This document shows, one piece after another, positions 25,262 to 52,388 of a stretch of DNA of 64,000 nt (the stretch's first letter is position 1; each line of letters starts with the position of its first letter). Both the position numbers and the translations under genes were made by a program. This DNA is from Bugula neritina (Eukaryota > Animalia > Bryozoa): contig OZ037766.1 of NCBI GenBank assembly GCA_964035545.1, positions 1 to 64,000 of the forward strand. The letters run 5' to 3'. The notes beneath the pieces were generated by a model that saw only the letters and a list, made by a program, of their open reading frames with translations, was not told where the DNA came from and searched no databases.

Positions 25262-28200
25262 AATTCCTATTAAGTATAACATGATTCCTTGATTAAACTA
25301 CTTCTAGAATTATTCGGAAATTTTTAATTAATCACAATTTTACCAGTAAACAGTTTCAAACTTTTCATCAAGTTATATTTTCAAGAATTACAAATAAAAT
25401 TTGACTAAAATTGAACTGATATACTATTTTGCTTCTCTATAAGTTGGTATGGCCTGGATGTTTTATGCGGTTTATCTTAACCTGATTATACATACCCTCG
25501 GTGGTTGATGTCTACTTTTATACCCTAATTATATTATTTTACCCCAATCAGCTGAATATTCCAATTTTAAATTACTAGCGAATGGGTTTTACCAGTAGCA
25601 GCCAAATTCTGCCAAAGTCTCACATTTAAACTATATGCCTCTGGTACTATGCATTATATACAATGTTCTTATTCTCTATAGTCTCTAAAACTGGTTATTG
25701 ATGCTTCAACTAAATTTTGTTGTTTTTAAAGTCACTTTTATTGTGGATGTTTGTCTTGATAGTTGTTAGTGTGCCATGCAGGATTTAGAGCTGTAAATAC
25801 TGCTTCACTTTTCATATAATGTATATTGTTGTATCCTATATTATCATGATGCCAGTTAAAAAAAATTTTCACAGTTTGTCAAAAGGGGGAAATTAATAGT
25901 AAATATTCATGAAAGGGGGAATATTAGGGAAAGGTTGGTAACTCCTGTGTTATATATTTCTAGTGCACTATAAGGGAGAAAATATGTTGTCCACATTATC
26001 TATTCTGCATAACCCATTCGCTGTTGACATTTGAGCATACGTGCTTTTACAGGTACACCGCTGTAAGGCATAAAAATTGTTTGGGCATTACATGAGCATG
26101 GAAAGCTTTTGTTGAATCATTACAGCTTTAATTGTATTAACATAGCTATGTTAGCTACATTAGGCTATGTTAGCTACATTAGGCTATGTTACCTACAGTA
26201 TGTTTTCCTCTGTTGTGTTATTTGCTTGTGTGCAGCTATTTTGGCTATTTCAGAAAAAAGCTATTTTCTAGACTAATAAAAACCCTGCACTTTCAGCTCT
26301 CTCTTCAAGCAACAGGAATTATCTTGAGAGTTGGTTGTTTTAGAAATGCTCATCTTTCATCTAAAGGTTTTACAGCACCAAAAGGTTACAGTACTGGCAC
26401 GACTATATGTGGGATGATATATAAGGTAAGTTTCATTTTTCATTTTTTGATGCACATAATTCATTTGTTGAAAAATAGTTAATAAATTCAGTTTGAGACA
26501 AAGTTGTTTGTGGATTAGGTGATATTGCTATTATTGTTCAACAATTGTTATGGCCATAATAAAAATAGGAAATGTTAATTGCAAAGTATTGAGTTTACAC
26601 AACTTATATCTCTAAACTGTGTTTTAGGATGGAGTTATCCTGGGCATGGATACCAGGGCTACAGAAGATACTGTTGATAAGCTGGCATGCTGTCTTTAGT
26701 CTCTACTTCTTCGAGTGGACCCTACAGGCCCCAAACTCTCCACCACATGCCCTCATGGATCCTCTGACGTCGCAGCACCGTGGGTTCCTGCTCCCTAATT
26801 GCTATGGCTGTCTTTGAGAACTAATAGAAACTGAACATGTATAGGTGCCCGAAATTTTTTTCTTTAACTTTTTTATATATGTAGGAAGACTAAGACTATT
26901 TTTTTTGCAGACAAGAAGACAGTTTCCAAAAAAGCCACCAAAATTTATTGTATTTCATTGTAATCAAGTCAAATAAAATACATTTAAAAAAAATCAATTA
27001 AAATTCTTGTATATAATGAACGTGAAGCAAAAAAAGTTTATGGTGCAATGAATGAAGTAACAATATCTGCAAGCCTAAATATACATGTTAATAATCATAC
27101 AATTATAGTAGGTAATAACAAACACCTGGTGATGCTAGAAAAGTCTCCAGCTGCAGATCAATGCATCTCTGCTTTAGAAACGTAGTGTTCATGCAATTTG
27201 TCCTCATGACACTAACAGCTAAATATTGTATACAAAGGCCTGTTACTAATGTTACACAGCAATGCAAGAGAAAACCTGGAATTCATGTCAAAATGTCTCC
27301 TGAGGCATAGGGCACCTGTGCGCCCATGTCAGACTTCGGAGTCATGGTACAAGGCACCTGCTGTAGCAACTTGCAGCAAGAGTCAAAGCCTCTTCATATT
27401 TGTGTTTCACTCGAGCGAATCTGATTGGCTGACAAATGGAAAGCATCTGGTGAGATGACACTGGAAGTGATGCGGCACGCTTGTGAGCAGCAGGCAAGGA
27501 ATCTTGAGGAATAGGAACTGGGGAGAGCTTCTACAAACAGAATAATATATTAAATTGTGACAAGTATATTCCAAACCAGCATTACTAACTTTATACACTG
27601 CCATGCCTTTGAACTAATAGCAGAGTAAAGTTAAATTTATAGATCGTTAAAACCTCAGCATATATAATACAAGACTTTCTGAAAGTCAAATTGAAAAAAT
27701 TAGGTAGCAAAGTCATAGTGTATAGACATAATCACATGTGTATAAATTAGCAATCATTTACAGTAACTGCAGCATAATGTTACCTTCTAGCCCTTCAACT
27801 TCTGCTTTTTGATGTGAAAGAAGTTAAACTGCTCTGTTTAAGTTCTCTCAAAGCTGGCATACGAGCCTTTCCAGCGACTGTACCGGCAACCATGACAGTC
27901 TCGAGAGTTGTCTCCGCCAACGCCGTTGGTGGGCGTGCCTGCAACAGTAGTATAAAATTTTCATTCTCAAGACTTATGACCATAAGTAGAGTCTGATGCT
28001 CATTTACCACTGAATAAACAACTAGGCCTGGGAGGCTGGATTAATCTTTTATTTTTAGGTGACCAACCTTTACCAACTGTGAAACCTATTAAACAATGTC
28101 AGCTATATAACATGTGACCAACTGAGAGTAATACAAAACATAAATACAAGAAATATCATTATTCAGTGAAGCTACAACACTATAAACTATCAAAAGAACA

Positions 28201-28488
28201 AAATTTGAATATAGAATGATATAATATAACATAAAATAGCTACCTTGTAGGTCTATGCCTAATAGAATACTGATTACCAATTGTATTTGTCATCTGCTTG
28301 CTGTAAATAGCTTAAAATAAAGGCTATTCTCTAATTTATTGGCTTATTAGCTAATAGCTAACAGTAACCAGCTATAAAGCCGAGTCATTCTAGCTTTGCA
28401 ATTGAATTAGTAATAAAAACTAGTGGTGAAACAGCCTATTGTCTAGTTCAAGAAGAAAACTTTATAAGTAGGTATAGTATTGTCTCAC

Positions 28489-29484
28489 CACTGCTAGCAG
28501 ACATGGAGGACAGCAGAGATAACAGCTGTAGTCCTCTCCAGTATGTACCGTCTGATGATTCAGCAGCACTGATTTGGATGCAGCAGCGAATGGACACTGA
28601 GAGCACCTGGCCCGCCTCTCACCTGCCAGATAGATGTAGTATCATGTGAATAAGCTTTACTGAGCACAACACATGTTACTAGGTTGAGTTTCAAAGAAAG
28701 AGTGAACAACAGGTTGTATATAAAACATTAGCTTTTCATCTGAAAGTTCTACATAGCTTTTCATCTGAAAGCTTTACATAGCTTTTTCTCTTAAAGCCTG
28801 TATAACAACAAAGCTATAATACTACAGTAGACTGAGATAGTGTTGCAATCTGGGGGTGACAGAAGGGGGTACCCACTGAGGAGCATATAACCACAGGCTA
28901 TATATAATAAACTGGAGCAGAATTGTAGCTTAGATTCTATAGAAGTTAGGGCTTAGCTGGTACACTGAAAACAATTCTATACAAGAGAATAAACATGCTT
29001 GTAACACCTAAAATATTTAAAATTTACTATCTATAATAAAATTTGCTCCAAAAAGCTTATTAATATATTTTTTAAATGAGAAGTCATAGCCAGGAAAAAA
29101 CATTCTGTGAATAGGAAAACAGACACACTCAATAACCAGTGTTACCAGATAAAGTCATTCTGAGGTAACGCACCTGTATGCTGCCTCATGTGCACCTCCA
29201 GGTGCTGGAGAGTTGCTGCAGATTTCACACGAGTACTTCCTTTCTACAGGCGCAGTGTGACGGCGTTCATGTTTCCTCAGTTCACTACAATGCAGTTATG
29301 AAGCAGTTCCCTGTTAACAGAGTACACAATAACTACTACAGAGTATACAGTACTAGCTACATATACTACAGGGTACCTACAGCACATACTACAGATGAGT
29401 GACTTGTATCCAGTGTGTGATCTCATGTGTGTTTCAAGACTACTAGGGTAAGGACAGCTGAAACTACACTGTGTACACTGAAAC
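28489..29484 (-). pseudogene. Decayed multi-exon C2H2 zinc-finger gene (further exon-like blocks at ~27280-27940 and ~30200-30270)
   Basis: Exon from 29484: FQCTQCSFSCPYPSSLETHMRSHTG. Exon 29310-29174: ELRKHERRH...YSCEICS then frameshift to TLQHLEVHMRQHTG, with a stop/frameshift upstream as well. Exon 28622-28489: GERRARCSQCPFAAASKSVLLNHQTVHTGE. Confidence 0.8.
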
Positions 29485-30457
29485 CTACAGTATAACAACA
29501 CATGGTACAGGATACCGAGTTAATAGAATACAATATACACAGTGTTGATAGAGTAGTGTGAATGAGTGACACACAAAACACTATTTGATTGCCACGTCTT
29601 CCCCAGATAAAGAAGTAAAAAGTTGAGATATAAAATGAATGATCCATGACCAAAATATTCTTATTTATTCTTAGAAAGAAATTCACCAAACAACTAACTT
29701 ACTAGAATCTTCTTTCATAAACTCGAAGATAACTGCATGACAAACCAATACTCAAGACTGGTGTGTCTTTAAATATATACCAGAACAGATAAATAAATGT
29801 AAAATTTCATCCAATTGGAAAAACTAAGCGAATTAATTATGAAGTTTCTCAACTCAAGTTACCTAAAATACTACCACTAGCTGGAGTTGAGTAATTCCTG
29901 GGAAGCTTCAGGTATATTTCTAAACTTCTGAGTTAAGTTCTATTTTCTAGCCTGGTAATATTTCGGTTATGGAGTGTGAAACTTAACCCACAGTGTACAG
30001 AATATACACAACAGAGAATATTCTACATCAACTATCAATCCCTATAACTTCTATGTAAGAAAGAGCATTATAGAGTTACAGATCTGCTAATATAGAGAAA
30101 TGCTGATGAGTTCCGGAGGTTTCACCTCATGACTCATGGAATATGACTGAGTCTCACCAGTAAAGGAGTTTCGAGTCACAAAAGGAACTCATCTTGTGCA
30201 TTACCTGTAGGATAGTTCAGTCCATAAGGCTAGAACATTCATCTGTAACAGCTTTCCTACTCTCAGCCCTGAAATAACATGAAATTAAAACATGGTGGCT
30301 GATTGGGTTCAATAAATTACAATATAAAAAGCCGATATAAAATATTTATAAACGCCACGAGTAACCCTAAATACTTCCACATGGATAATATTTGAGTCTG
30401 TCAACTAATATTTACTTAGTGAGTAGTAATGGGTAACAGTTACCATTTACTGCAAAT

Positions 30458-30574
30458 GAGAGGTCCGTGGCAGGCGAGAGGTCCGTGGCAGGCGAGAGGT
30501 CCGTGGCAGGCGAGAGGTCCGTGGCAGGCGAGAGGTCCGTGGCAGGCGAGAGGTCCGTGGCAGGCGAGAGGTCC
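30458..30574. repeat. 18-bp GC-rich minisatellite (GAGAGGTCCGTGGCAGGC) x6.5
   Basis: Six identical units plus a half unit. Confidence 0.95.
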
Positions 30575-31459
30575 ATATCAGTCAATTCACAAAACACAAT
30601 TACATTAGAACAGTTGTGTAAGTTTATCTAAAGTGAAGATATGAACATTTGATTTGTAATGTTAGAATTAATGGCATAGACAACATAATGTCATTGAATG
30701 GGAACGAGTAAATCTACCAGCAAATGAGGAACTTTCTCGTGACTAAAAGTAATATAGTAATTCGTTATTGCGTTGTCAATTGCATTAAACCAACTAAACA
30801 AATAACATGATTGTCTACAAAGAGCAGTCACAGCAGCTGAAAATTCTGCAATAACAGTGAAGACTAAAACATACCAATTGTTGAGAATATTTAAAAAGAT
30901 AATCATAATATAGCTAACCAGTAGCTGGCAGAAGTTTAAATAATAAACCTTATAATAAATTAGCTACTATAGTAAATAATCTGCAGCTACAGTCACACTA
31001 GTAATAATATTTACAGTAATACTAACAGTATTAAAGTTCTAAATTATAAGATGGGTACTGGTAGGAGTATGGTCTCTGATATATTTAGTATGAAATGTAA
31101 TAAATATTTACATTATTAAGTTAGTTCATACTACTTCAAGTTCATGAAAAGTAATGATATACGCTTTATGTTTATATATTTACTTTTAGTAGTTCATGAA
31201 AAACTAAAATCAAATTTAAATTATTCCAATCAAAATGTTAAATGTAAGATATCATTAAACCGTGAAAACAAAATTGTAAATGGTGAATCAGTTATTGCTA
31301 ATTGCAATACTTATATCAATATTGCCCATAGCCATAGTGACAAATTATAGCCCTATGCCTATTCATAGTCAATGTTATTCTCATACAGATAATTAATATT
31401 ATATTAATACTCATAGCCATAGTGATACTTATAGTCATACTGAATCTGGTAATTATACT

Positions 31460-31580
31460 TATAACCAGTGCTTTGGGCAGATGAGGCTCATTAGTCTGGG
31501 AAGACAGATCACCTAGGAGAAGGATAACTCTGATCTCAAACCTCCACTGCCTTGCGGCAATACCCAACTAAGGGAAAGGG
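31460..31580 (+). mobile_element. Possible fragment of an RTE-clade non-LTR retrotransposon 5' region
   Basis: GC-richer island CTAGGAGAAGGATAACTCTGATCTCAAACCTCCACTGCCTTGCGGC within low-complexity DNA; resemblance is from memory only, not a search. Confidence 0.3.
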
Positions 31581-33627
31581 CAAATCAAGAGTTTGAGCTT
31601 CTAAGGTGTTTTGTAGTTATTTACAACCTCGTATATATGATATACACTAATATAGTAATAGAGTTACACTTAGTCATAGTGACTTACTCAGTTAGACTTA
31701 GACTTAGAGATACAGATACTCAGAGTCATACTGATGCTGACACTCGATAGCCATAGTTATTTATGATTTATTTCTAATCTTATTCATATTGATATTGTTG
31801 TACTTTCACTTTCAGTGATACTCAGACCTCAGTGTCAGTGATACTGATAGTCATAGTGATAGAGTAGATAATTCAATCGTCATACTCATAGTCATAGTGT
31901 GATAAACGATAGTAATACTAATACTAATACTAATAGTAATAGTGATACTCATACTGATAGTGAGCCATAGTCATAGTGAATGTTATATTAATCTCATACA
32001 GCCATAGTCATAGTAATCTTATAGTTATAGTAATAGTGAGTCATACTGTGATACTAATACTAATACTAATAGTAATAGTAATACTGATAAATGACAAGAT
32101 TAAGTGATTTACTAACTCTAAGTATAATCATAATGATAATCATAATCATAATGATAATGTCAATGTGATACTCATACGCAGGCATGTCAAGCTTATTTCA
32201 ACCTTAATTCTACACTCATGAGTTTTGAAAGTTAGTGTTGGAGCGAGTCGAAACCCACCTTCTGTTGAAAAGTTAAATCAGGTTGAGAAGAGGTTGTCAA
32301 AATGAGTGATCACATCAAGTGTGTGAGGATCGCTGCCGCCAGCCCGTCTCACGACGAATGAACAACCTCTGCTTCCAGTCGTCCAGAAAATGTCACGTGG
32401 TTTATGCGCCATAAATCACAAATTCGCTGCAAGTGGAGTCGGGAAATGGATAGAACTTAGCAGACGGTGCTAATGGCCATAGGATTGACAACAAAATTGT
32501 AAGATTTTATCAGTGCTATATTTTAAAACGTGAATGCAAACATTGATTGTCATGCACTGGTAGTGATTAAATCATGGGTCACTCAGTATAGTACATGTAA
32601 CAATATGTGAAAATACTTAGTACTTACTAATCACACATTAGGGTCAATATACATTGCATTATCGATGAAGTGCGAAGTTTATACAATATTAATATTATAG
32701 ATAATTATTAATGTAGTTGATATTATGTAGTTTTATCGTGCAAGATGCTGCTACTTGAATGGAAATCAGAGTTGTTTCCTCTCGGTCCAATAACCCAGCT
32801 AAGCCACGAACTATTTTTTCTGTTCCCCTTCTCATAAAGGGTTAAAGTTCATAATAGGTCACACTGGACGTGTAGAAGATCTCTACAAGGAGCACCAAGT
32901 TTAAAAGCACTGTAAACAGTGTTTCCAAACACGTCATTGTCCCGAACCATTTGCTTCAAACTGTGACCCCGTCCAGAACCACGGCACTTGGTTACCCCAA
33001 CTATAATTAATTCTGATTTTACATTACGTTTTTTAAATTTAATTTTGTCTGTCCCACAATATTTTTCACCATATTAAACAGTTTAAGTAATGCTTAGTAG
33101 TTATAATGGTTTGTTGAACTCAGCAATGGGTGAGTACAAGTTTTAGACTTTTGTCAGTGTGAGTGTCACGCTGCCACACTCACAGTCACTCTAACTTAGA
33201 GTCTAAGTCTAACGTCACTGAATGCAGAATTGAAAACCAGAATGAGAATGATAATACTGAAAATAATAGAATACGTACGACCTGTTTTACGGCTACTTAC
33301 TAACTTAGTAGTTACTCTGGGCCTGGGGGCTGAGGCTCTAGAAAAGGGTATGGACTGAGACTCTAGATCTCGATAGTAGACACTCACACTGAAAGTTAAG
33401 TACTACTAGTTGAGTAGTAGTAGTACTAGTACTACTAGAAGACAAATTTACTTTTAGATTAGACGAAGACTAATAGTAACTATAAGGGTAAGTAGAAGCC
33501 GAGGGTATTGTCGGTGTTGCCAAACTCACACTAACATTAACTTTAATCAAGTATGAAGCAACCATTGTTATAACTTGAACTGTAAGATCATTAATTACAG
33601 TTAATAATAATAATGTTTATAATATTA

Positions 33628-33949
33628 TGTAAAATAATTGCCCCCACCGGGATCTGAACCACAGACCTCCGACTTGCAAGCAGGCGCGCTAACCAATTAC
33701 GCTACAGGGGTTTTGGGATTCCAAACAACATTCCACCCAGTTCTCTCCAGAACTGCACTGGCCCCCACTTACTCTGTCAGTTTATGGGCTTCACTCGCCA
33801 CTCAACTCCCTGAGAGTACTTCCACAAGACAAGGCCGAAATAGCTTGTAAAATAATTTCCCCCCACCGGGATTCGAACCACAAACCTCCGGCTTGCAAGC
33901 AGGTGCGCTAACCAATTACGCTACAGGGGCTTCAGGATTCCAAACAACA
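33628..33949 (-). mobile_element. TRIM-type miniature LTR retrotransposon with tRNA-derived LTRs (Helenus/Cassandra-like architecture)
   Basis: Direct repeats 33628-33730 and 33846-33949, about 90% identical, each TGT...ACA. 5-bp TSD TATTA (33623-33627 and 33950-33954). 115-bp internal region; on - it starts AGCTATTTCGGC and ends with purine-rich GGAGAGAACTGGGTGGAA. Confidence 0.85.
33858..33930 (-). pseudogene. tRNA-like sequence inside the 5' LTR (second copy 33639-33711); not a functional tRNA
   Basis: GCCCCTGTAGCGTAATTGGTTAGCGC...GGTTCGAATCCCGGTGGGGGGA. A and B boxes and D-arm intact, anticodon and T stems mispaired, TTTT terminator just downstream. Confidence 0.8.
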
Positions 33950-34149
33950 TATTATTAATATTTTTATTTCAATTAATAAAATTAAGTATATTCATATTGA
34001 TATTGGTATTACTATTAGTATTACAAAGAGTATTACTAATAGTATATCACTTCTCACTATGACTATAATATTAAGTGTAACTGTATAAGTATATCGATAT
34101 GTATAAATAACATGCAGTTATAATTTTTATTATAATAATTATACTAATA

Positions 34150-34545
34150 AATTAGGAGAAGATCCCCTGAATAGAGTTGGAGTTGTAAAATACCTTGGAA
34201 TATTGCTATCAGCAGATTTGAAATGTAATAAGCATGTCGAAAATGCAATATCAAAGGCATACAGAGCATTAGGATTAATCAAGCTCACACTAAGAAATGC
34301 CTCAGAAAATGTTAAAATTCTTGCATATAAAACTCTTTGTATACCTCTCCTGGAATATGCTGCTGAAGTATGGGACCCATGCAAAAGCATCTAATAACAA
34401 AATTAGAAGTTACTCAAAATAGGGCTATACGGTTCATTAAAAATTTAAAGAGTAGAGAAGTATCGGTAACAGATGCCAAATTTGACCTAGGCCTAAAAAC
34501 ATTAAGGAAGCGCAGACAGTCACAGAGAATTTCTTTGTCATGCCG
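34150..34545 (+). mobile_element. Non-LTR retrotransposon (CR1/L2-group) reverse transcriptase C-terminal remnant
   Basis: KYLGILLSADLKCNKHVENAISKAYRALGLIK...LAYKTLCIPLLEYAAEVWDP, frameshift near 34385, then ITKLEVTQNRAIRFI...LGLKTLRKRR. Confidence 0.85.
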
Positions 34546-35226
34546 TATTACACTTAAATCTATGAAATCTTCAACCCATAATATGAATAGCCTGGACTCG
34601 AGCCTGTACCTGCAGGTTTCTTGTTGCGCACTGTTCGGGAGCTCCGTACAGGGGGGGGAGATAGAAGCGGGTTTCTGAGTTTGGATAGATCCGAGGGTCC
34701 CACAATTACTCTCTGCGAGAGATCTTGGGATTTAACCCAATCAAGATCAAAAATAGAACACCCAATCTTGTAATTAAATTACTAAATAATAAAAAGCTCA
34801 GCTTGAGCTGATAGTAATATTGATAATCACCGTAATTAATCCTTACATCAGTTTTTGTACTAGAAATACTGATAACCATTTGTAGATTGTGGATATTTAT
34901 TTATTTATTTATACTTATTTATTCAACAAGTAATTATGTCCAGTCTTGGGGTTGGTGTATGTTAATAATATATGTTGCCTGGCTTGTTTCCAGGGTCAAC
35001 TTCCACTCCCTATATATAGACCCACTCCTAGAACCCCTTACAGTATAAAAGCACTAAGTATAATACACACATAAGGTCATGCATTGCAATTGACATGTGA
35101 ACAGCTGTGCTTATCTTATCTGCACATGTCACACCAAACCCTGGTGCTTGCAGTACACATACAGTATACATATAGTATACAGGGTAGTATGTACACAGTA
35201 CATGCTATAGCCTACAAGTAGTCATC

Positions 35227-44653
<9,427 letters not shown>

Positions 44654-45040
44654 ACTTACTAGACCTATAATGTTACCAATGTCCCTATTTTACTAAAGTC
44701 TTGTATTAGTAGTAGAGCAGTATAGTGACTATGCACTGACATATAATGCATGAGTAACTATACACAGTGCACAGTGTATTATACTACTATTATACTACTA
44801 TTATAACTTTTCTACTCTACATTCATATCATACAGCTATGTTTGCAATTATTCTTTTATTATGAATTATTGTAAGACATTCCAGTTTTTTAATACAGAAT
44901 AAGTACAACATTGATAAACAAAACCAATAATATATTATAATAGTATATAATATAGTTTAATAGTATATAATATACTATAATAGTATATAATATAATAGTA
45001 TATAATATAATATAATAGTATCACACACTATGTTGACTTC

Positions 45041-45419
45041 CCCATTTCCTGGAAATATTTGTTGTTTATCTTATTAACAGGCAGTTTCCATCATTTCGGT
45101 TTCACTAAAGCTAATTCAGTTGACTGATTTACTGACTGAGTGAGTGTTAACTGAGTACTGACTGAGTGTTAACTGAGTACTGACTGAGTGTTAACTGAGT
45201 ACTGAGTGAGTGTTAACTGAGTACTGACTGAGTGTTAACTGAGTACTGACTGAGTGTTAACTGAGTACTGACTGAGTGTTAACTGAGTACTGACTGAGTG
45301 AGTGTTGACTGAGTACTGAGTGAGTGTTAACTGAGTACTGACTGAGTGTTAAGCTATGGAATGATGGAAACTCATCAGGTCAATATGTTGGACAAGTTTG
45401 TTTTCTAATAGGAAAAGGG
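45041..45419. mobile_element. Possible MITE-like element: degenerate inverted repeats enclosing a 22-bp tandem array (GAGTGTTAACTGAGTACTGACT)
   Basis: AGTTTCCATCATT at 45083-45095 is inverted at 45360-45372, with weaker similarity extending ~40 bp outward. Array spans ~45130-45352. No clear TSD. Confidence 0.5.
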
Positions 45420-47254
45420 CTGCAGAGTTCTGTATGTTTAGTGTTGACGCTTGTAAACTGTGTTGCAATTTCCAGCCAGTTAGTCTTATGTAGTCCAGCA
45501 AAAGCTGTTGCTTTATAATTAACATATAGGTAGATTTCAGCGTAATGATTTGGAATTATCCTAAGTCACCACAAGCTATGGGCTGTCATGTAGCCGATTA
45601 TCCAAAACTAATGTATTCTGTTTCCTTAATCTTTGGAGGACAACCAGGTTTTTGCTGATTCATCCAAAATAATCTGTTGCAACCAAAAGTCCTAGATTCA
45701 TTTCCCTTAACAACCCACGGCCGCATGCACTGACTTGTTTGAAATCACCTTGCAAAGTTGTGTGTTGGTAACTCATATAGTTGCAAATATAAGAAACAAA
45801 TCATGAAGTACAAGTGACTACACTTAATAAAATATATAACTAAAGTCTCACAAACTGGACCTCATGACGTTGAAGTTCAGAGATGGTTTACAGCCTGCAG
45901 TAACATAATTTAAGATATTTGTTATGCAACAGCTGGTATAGAATCTCTATTTCTATTCTCTATTAACTGTCATCATGATTATAATATATGTTACAACAGT
46001 CTCTACTGCTCAGCACTCCCTTTCTGTTAGACATTTGCTAATATAACAGGTACTTGTATGTTGTTACCAACTATAGTAAACTTTGATAATAAATTGAATA
46101 TAATAAATAAACTATTTGTTGAAAATAAAAGTAGGAAAAAACATGACTCCAAAGTAGGAAGTGTCTAGCAAACATCCTCTTGTGAAACAGTGTTATTCAA
46201 AGGTAGAGACTTCACTCTTAACTATATTACATTTAACCAGAAATGAAATTTACAGTTTCAAACTGTTACACGTGCACTTTGCACGTTGTAGCTTATGTAA
46301 CAGCAGTTTATTTGTGTTAGAGATGTTTAATTGCCGTGAGTTAAATGGTGGGTGAATTGGCTAAGTTATGAAATATTATGCTGAGTCAGTAGAGAGATTA
46401 TCTCAATAAAACTGAGATTAAAAGTCGTGTTGACAATAAACCCACTCATGGGTGTCTAATATGTTGTTTACATATCGGTTTCATGACTCAATAGAACCTA
46501 AATATGTGGACATAAATTTATATACAAATATATTTGGTTTGTTTTTTCATCAACCTTCATATTTCTATTTTATAATCTCCCCAATCAAAGCCAACATCCT
46601 TAAAAAAAATTAAAATCAGACACTTCAAAAGACCGAGTGCATCATCACTGCTCATACATGATCAAGCAGGAATTGAACTGTAAAGTGTCACATAATATGT
46701 GGACATTTTACTATTATTTGTATATTTCCATTGTTGATTTCAAATTATACTATGGTCATTTTTACTATTTAATTTTAGATGTTTTAATCCTAATAATGAG
46801 TTATATACAATATAATATCATAAGTACTTGTAAACACAAATACAATGAAGCCCTACATGCAAAGTCGAAATATAAAAAATATATATTTTGATTGAGTAAA
46901 ATACATTTTTTTAAATTTTTTTTTTCTCTGCAAACGTAACTTGACTTGGCGGACAGATGTTTAAAAATAAATTATTGAAACAGAGCTTTTTCCGATATAA
47001 TGATTTTGTTGACACACGTGGACAATACAAAAACCTTAATATATGCCTAATGTCCATATTTATGAACATAGATGATTGGATGCAATAGTAGTTGTATAAT
47101 ATATAGATTCTTAAATGCTACTTAGAAGTGACCCCTAATGCCCTGTTATCACCATAAACTAATAGCATATTATACAACTAATACACCAACACATCCTCTA
47201 AATGACAACATCTCTCTCTAACTTAATGGGATTATCATGTAGCTGGAGAACCCC

Positions 47255-47288
47255 TGAGTCATGCAGGGCACCTGCTAGCACTATATAA
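47255..47288 (+). promoter_or_regulatory. AP-1-type site (TGAGTCA) + 20 bp + TATA box upstream of MCT-like gene A
   Basis: TGAGTCA 47255-47261 and TATATAA 47282-47288; same spacing in the paralog. Confidence 0.5.
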
Positions 47289-47397
47289 GACCTTCAGGTC
47301 ACTAAACAGACGCAGTTCAACAAACTAACACTGCAGCTACTCACTGGTTTAGCTGCCCTGAGCAAGGTCCAGAGGGAAGAATAAATTTAACAGCAAC

Positions 47398-52388
<4,991 letters not shown>

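Larger units (their letters stand above)
13750..27000 (+). ncRNA. Putative multi-exon non-coding transcript or decayed gene in the subtelomere
   Basis: Series of AG...GT-bounded exon-like blocks on + (e.g. 14351-14393, 15663-15696, 16001-16117, 16627-16712, ~18467-18581 and its copies, 26254-26425). No ORF found; 16001-16117 has stops in all six frames. CCAAT and TGACGT motifs near 13640-13715; AATAAA near 26972. No expression evidence. Confidence 0.3.

Noticed and set aside
33639-33930. Two functional tRNA genes (Ala/Cys)
   Set aside because: Anticodon and T stems are mispaired, and both copies are embedded in TG...CA LTRs.
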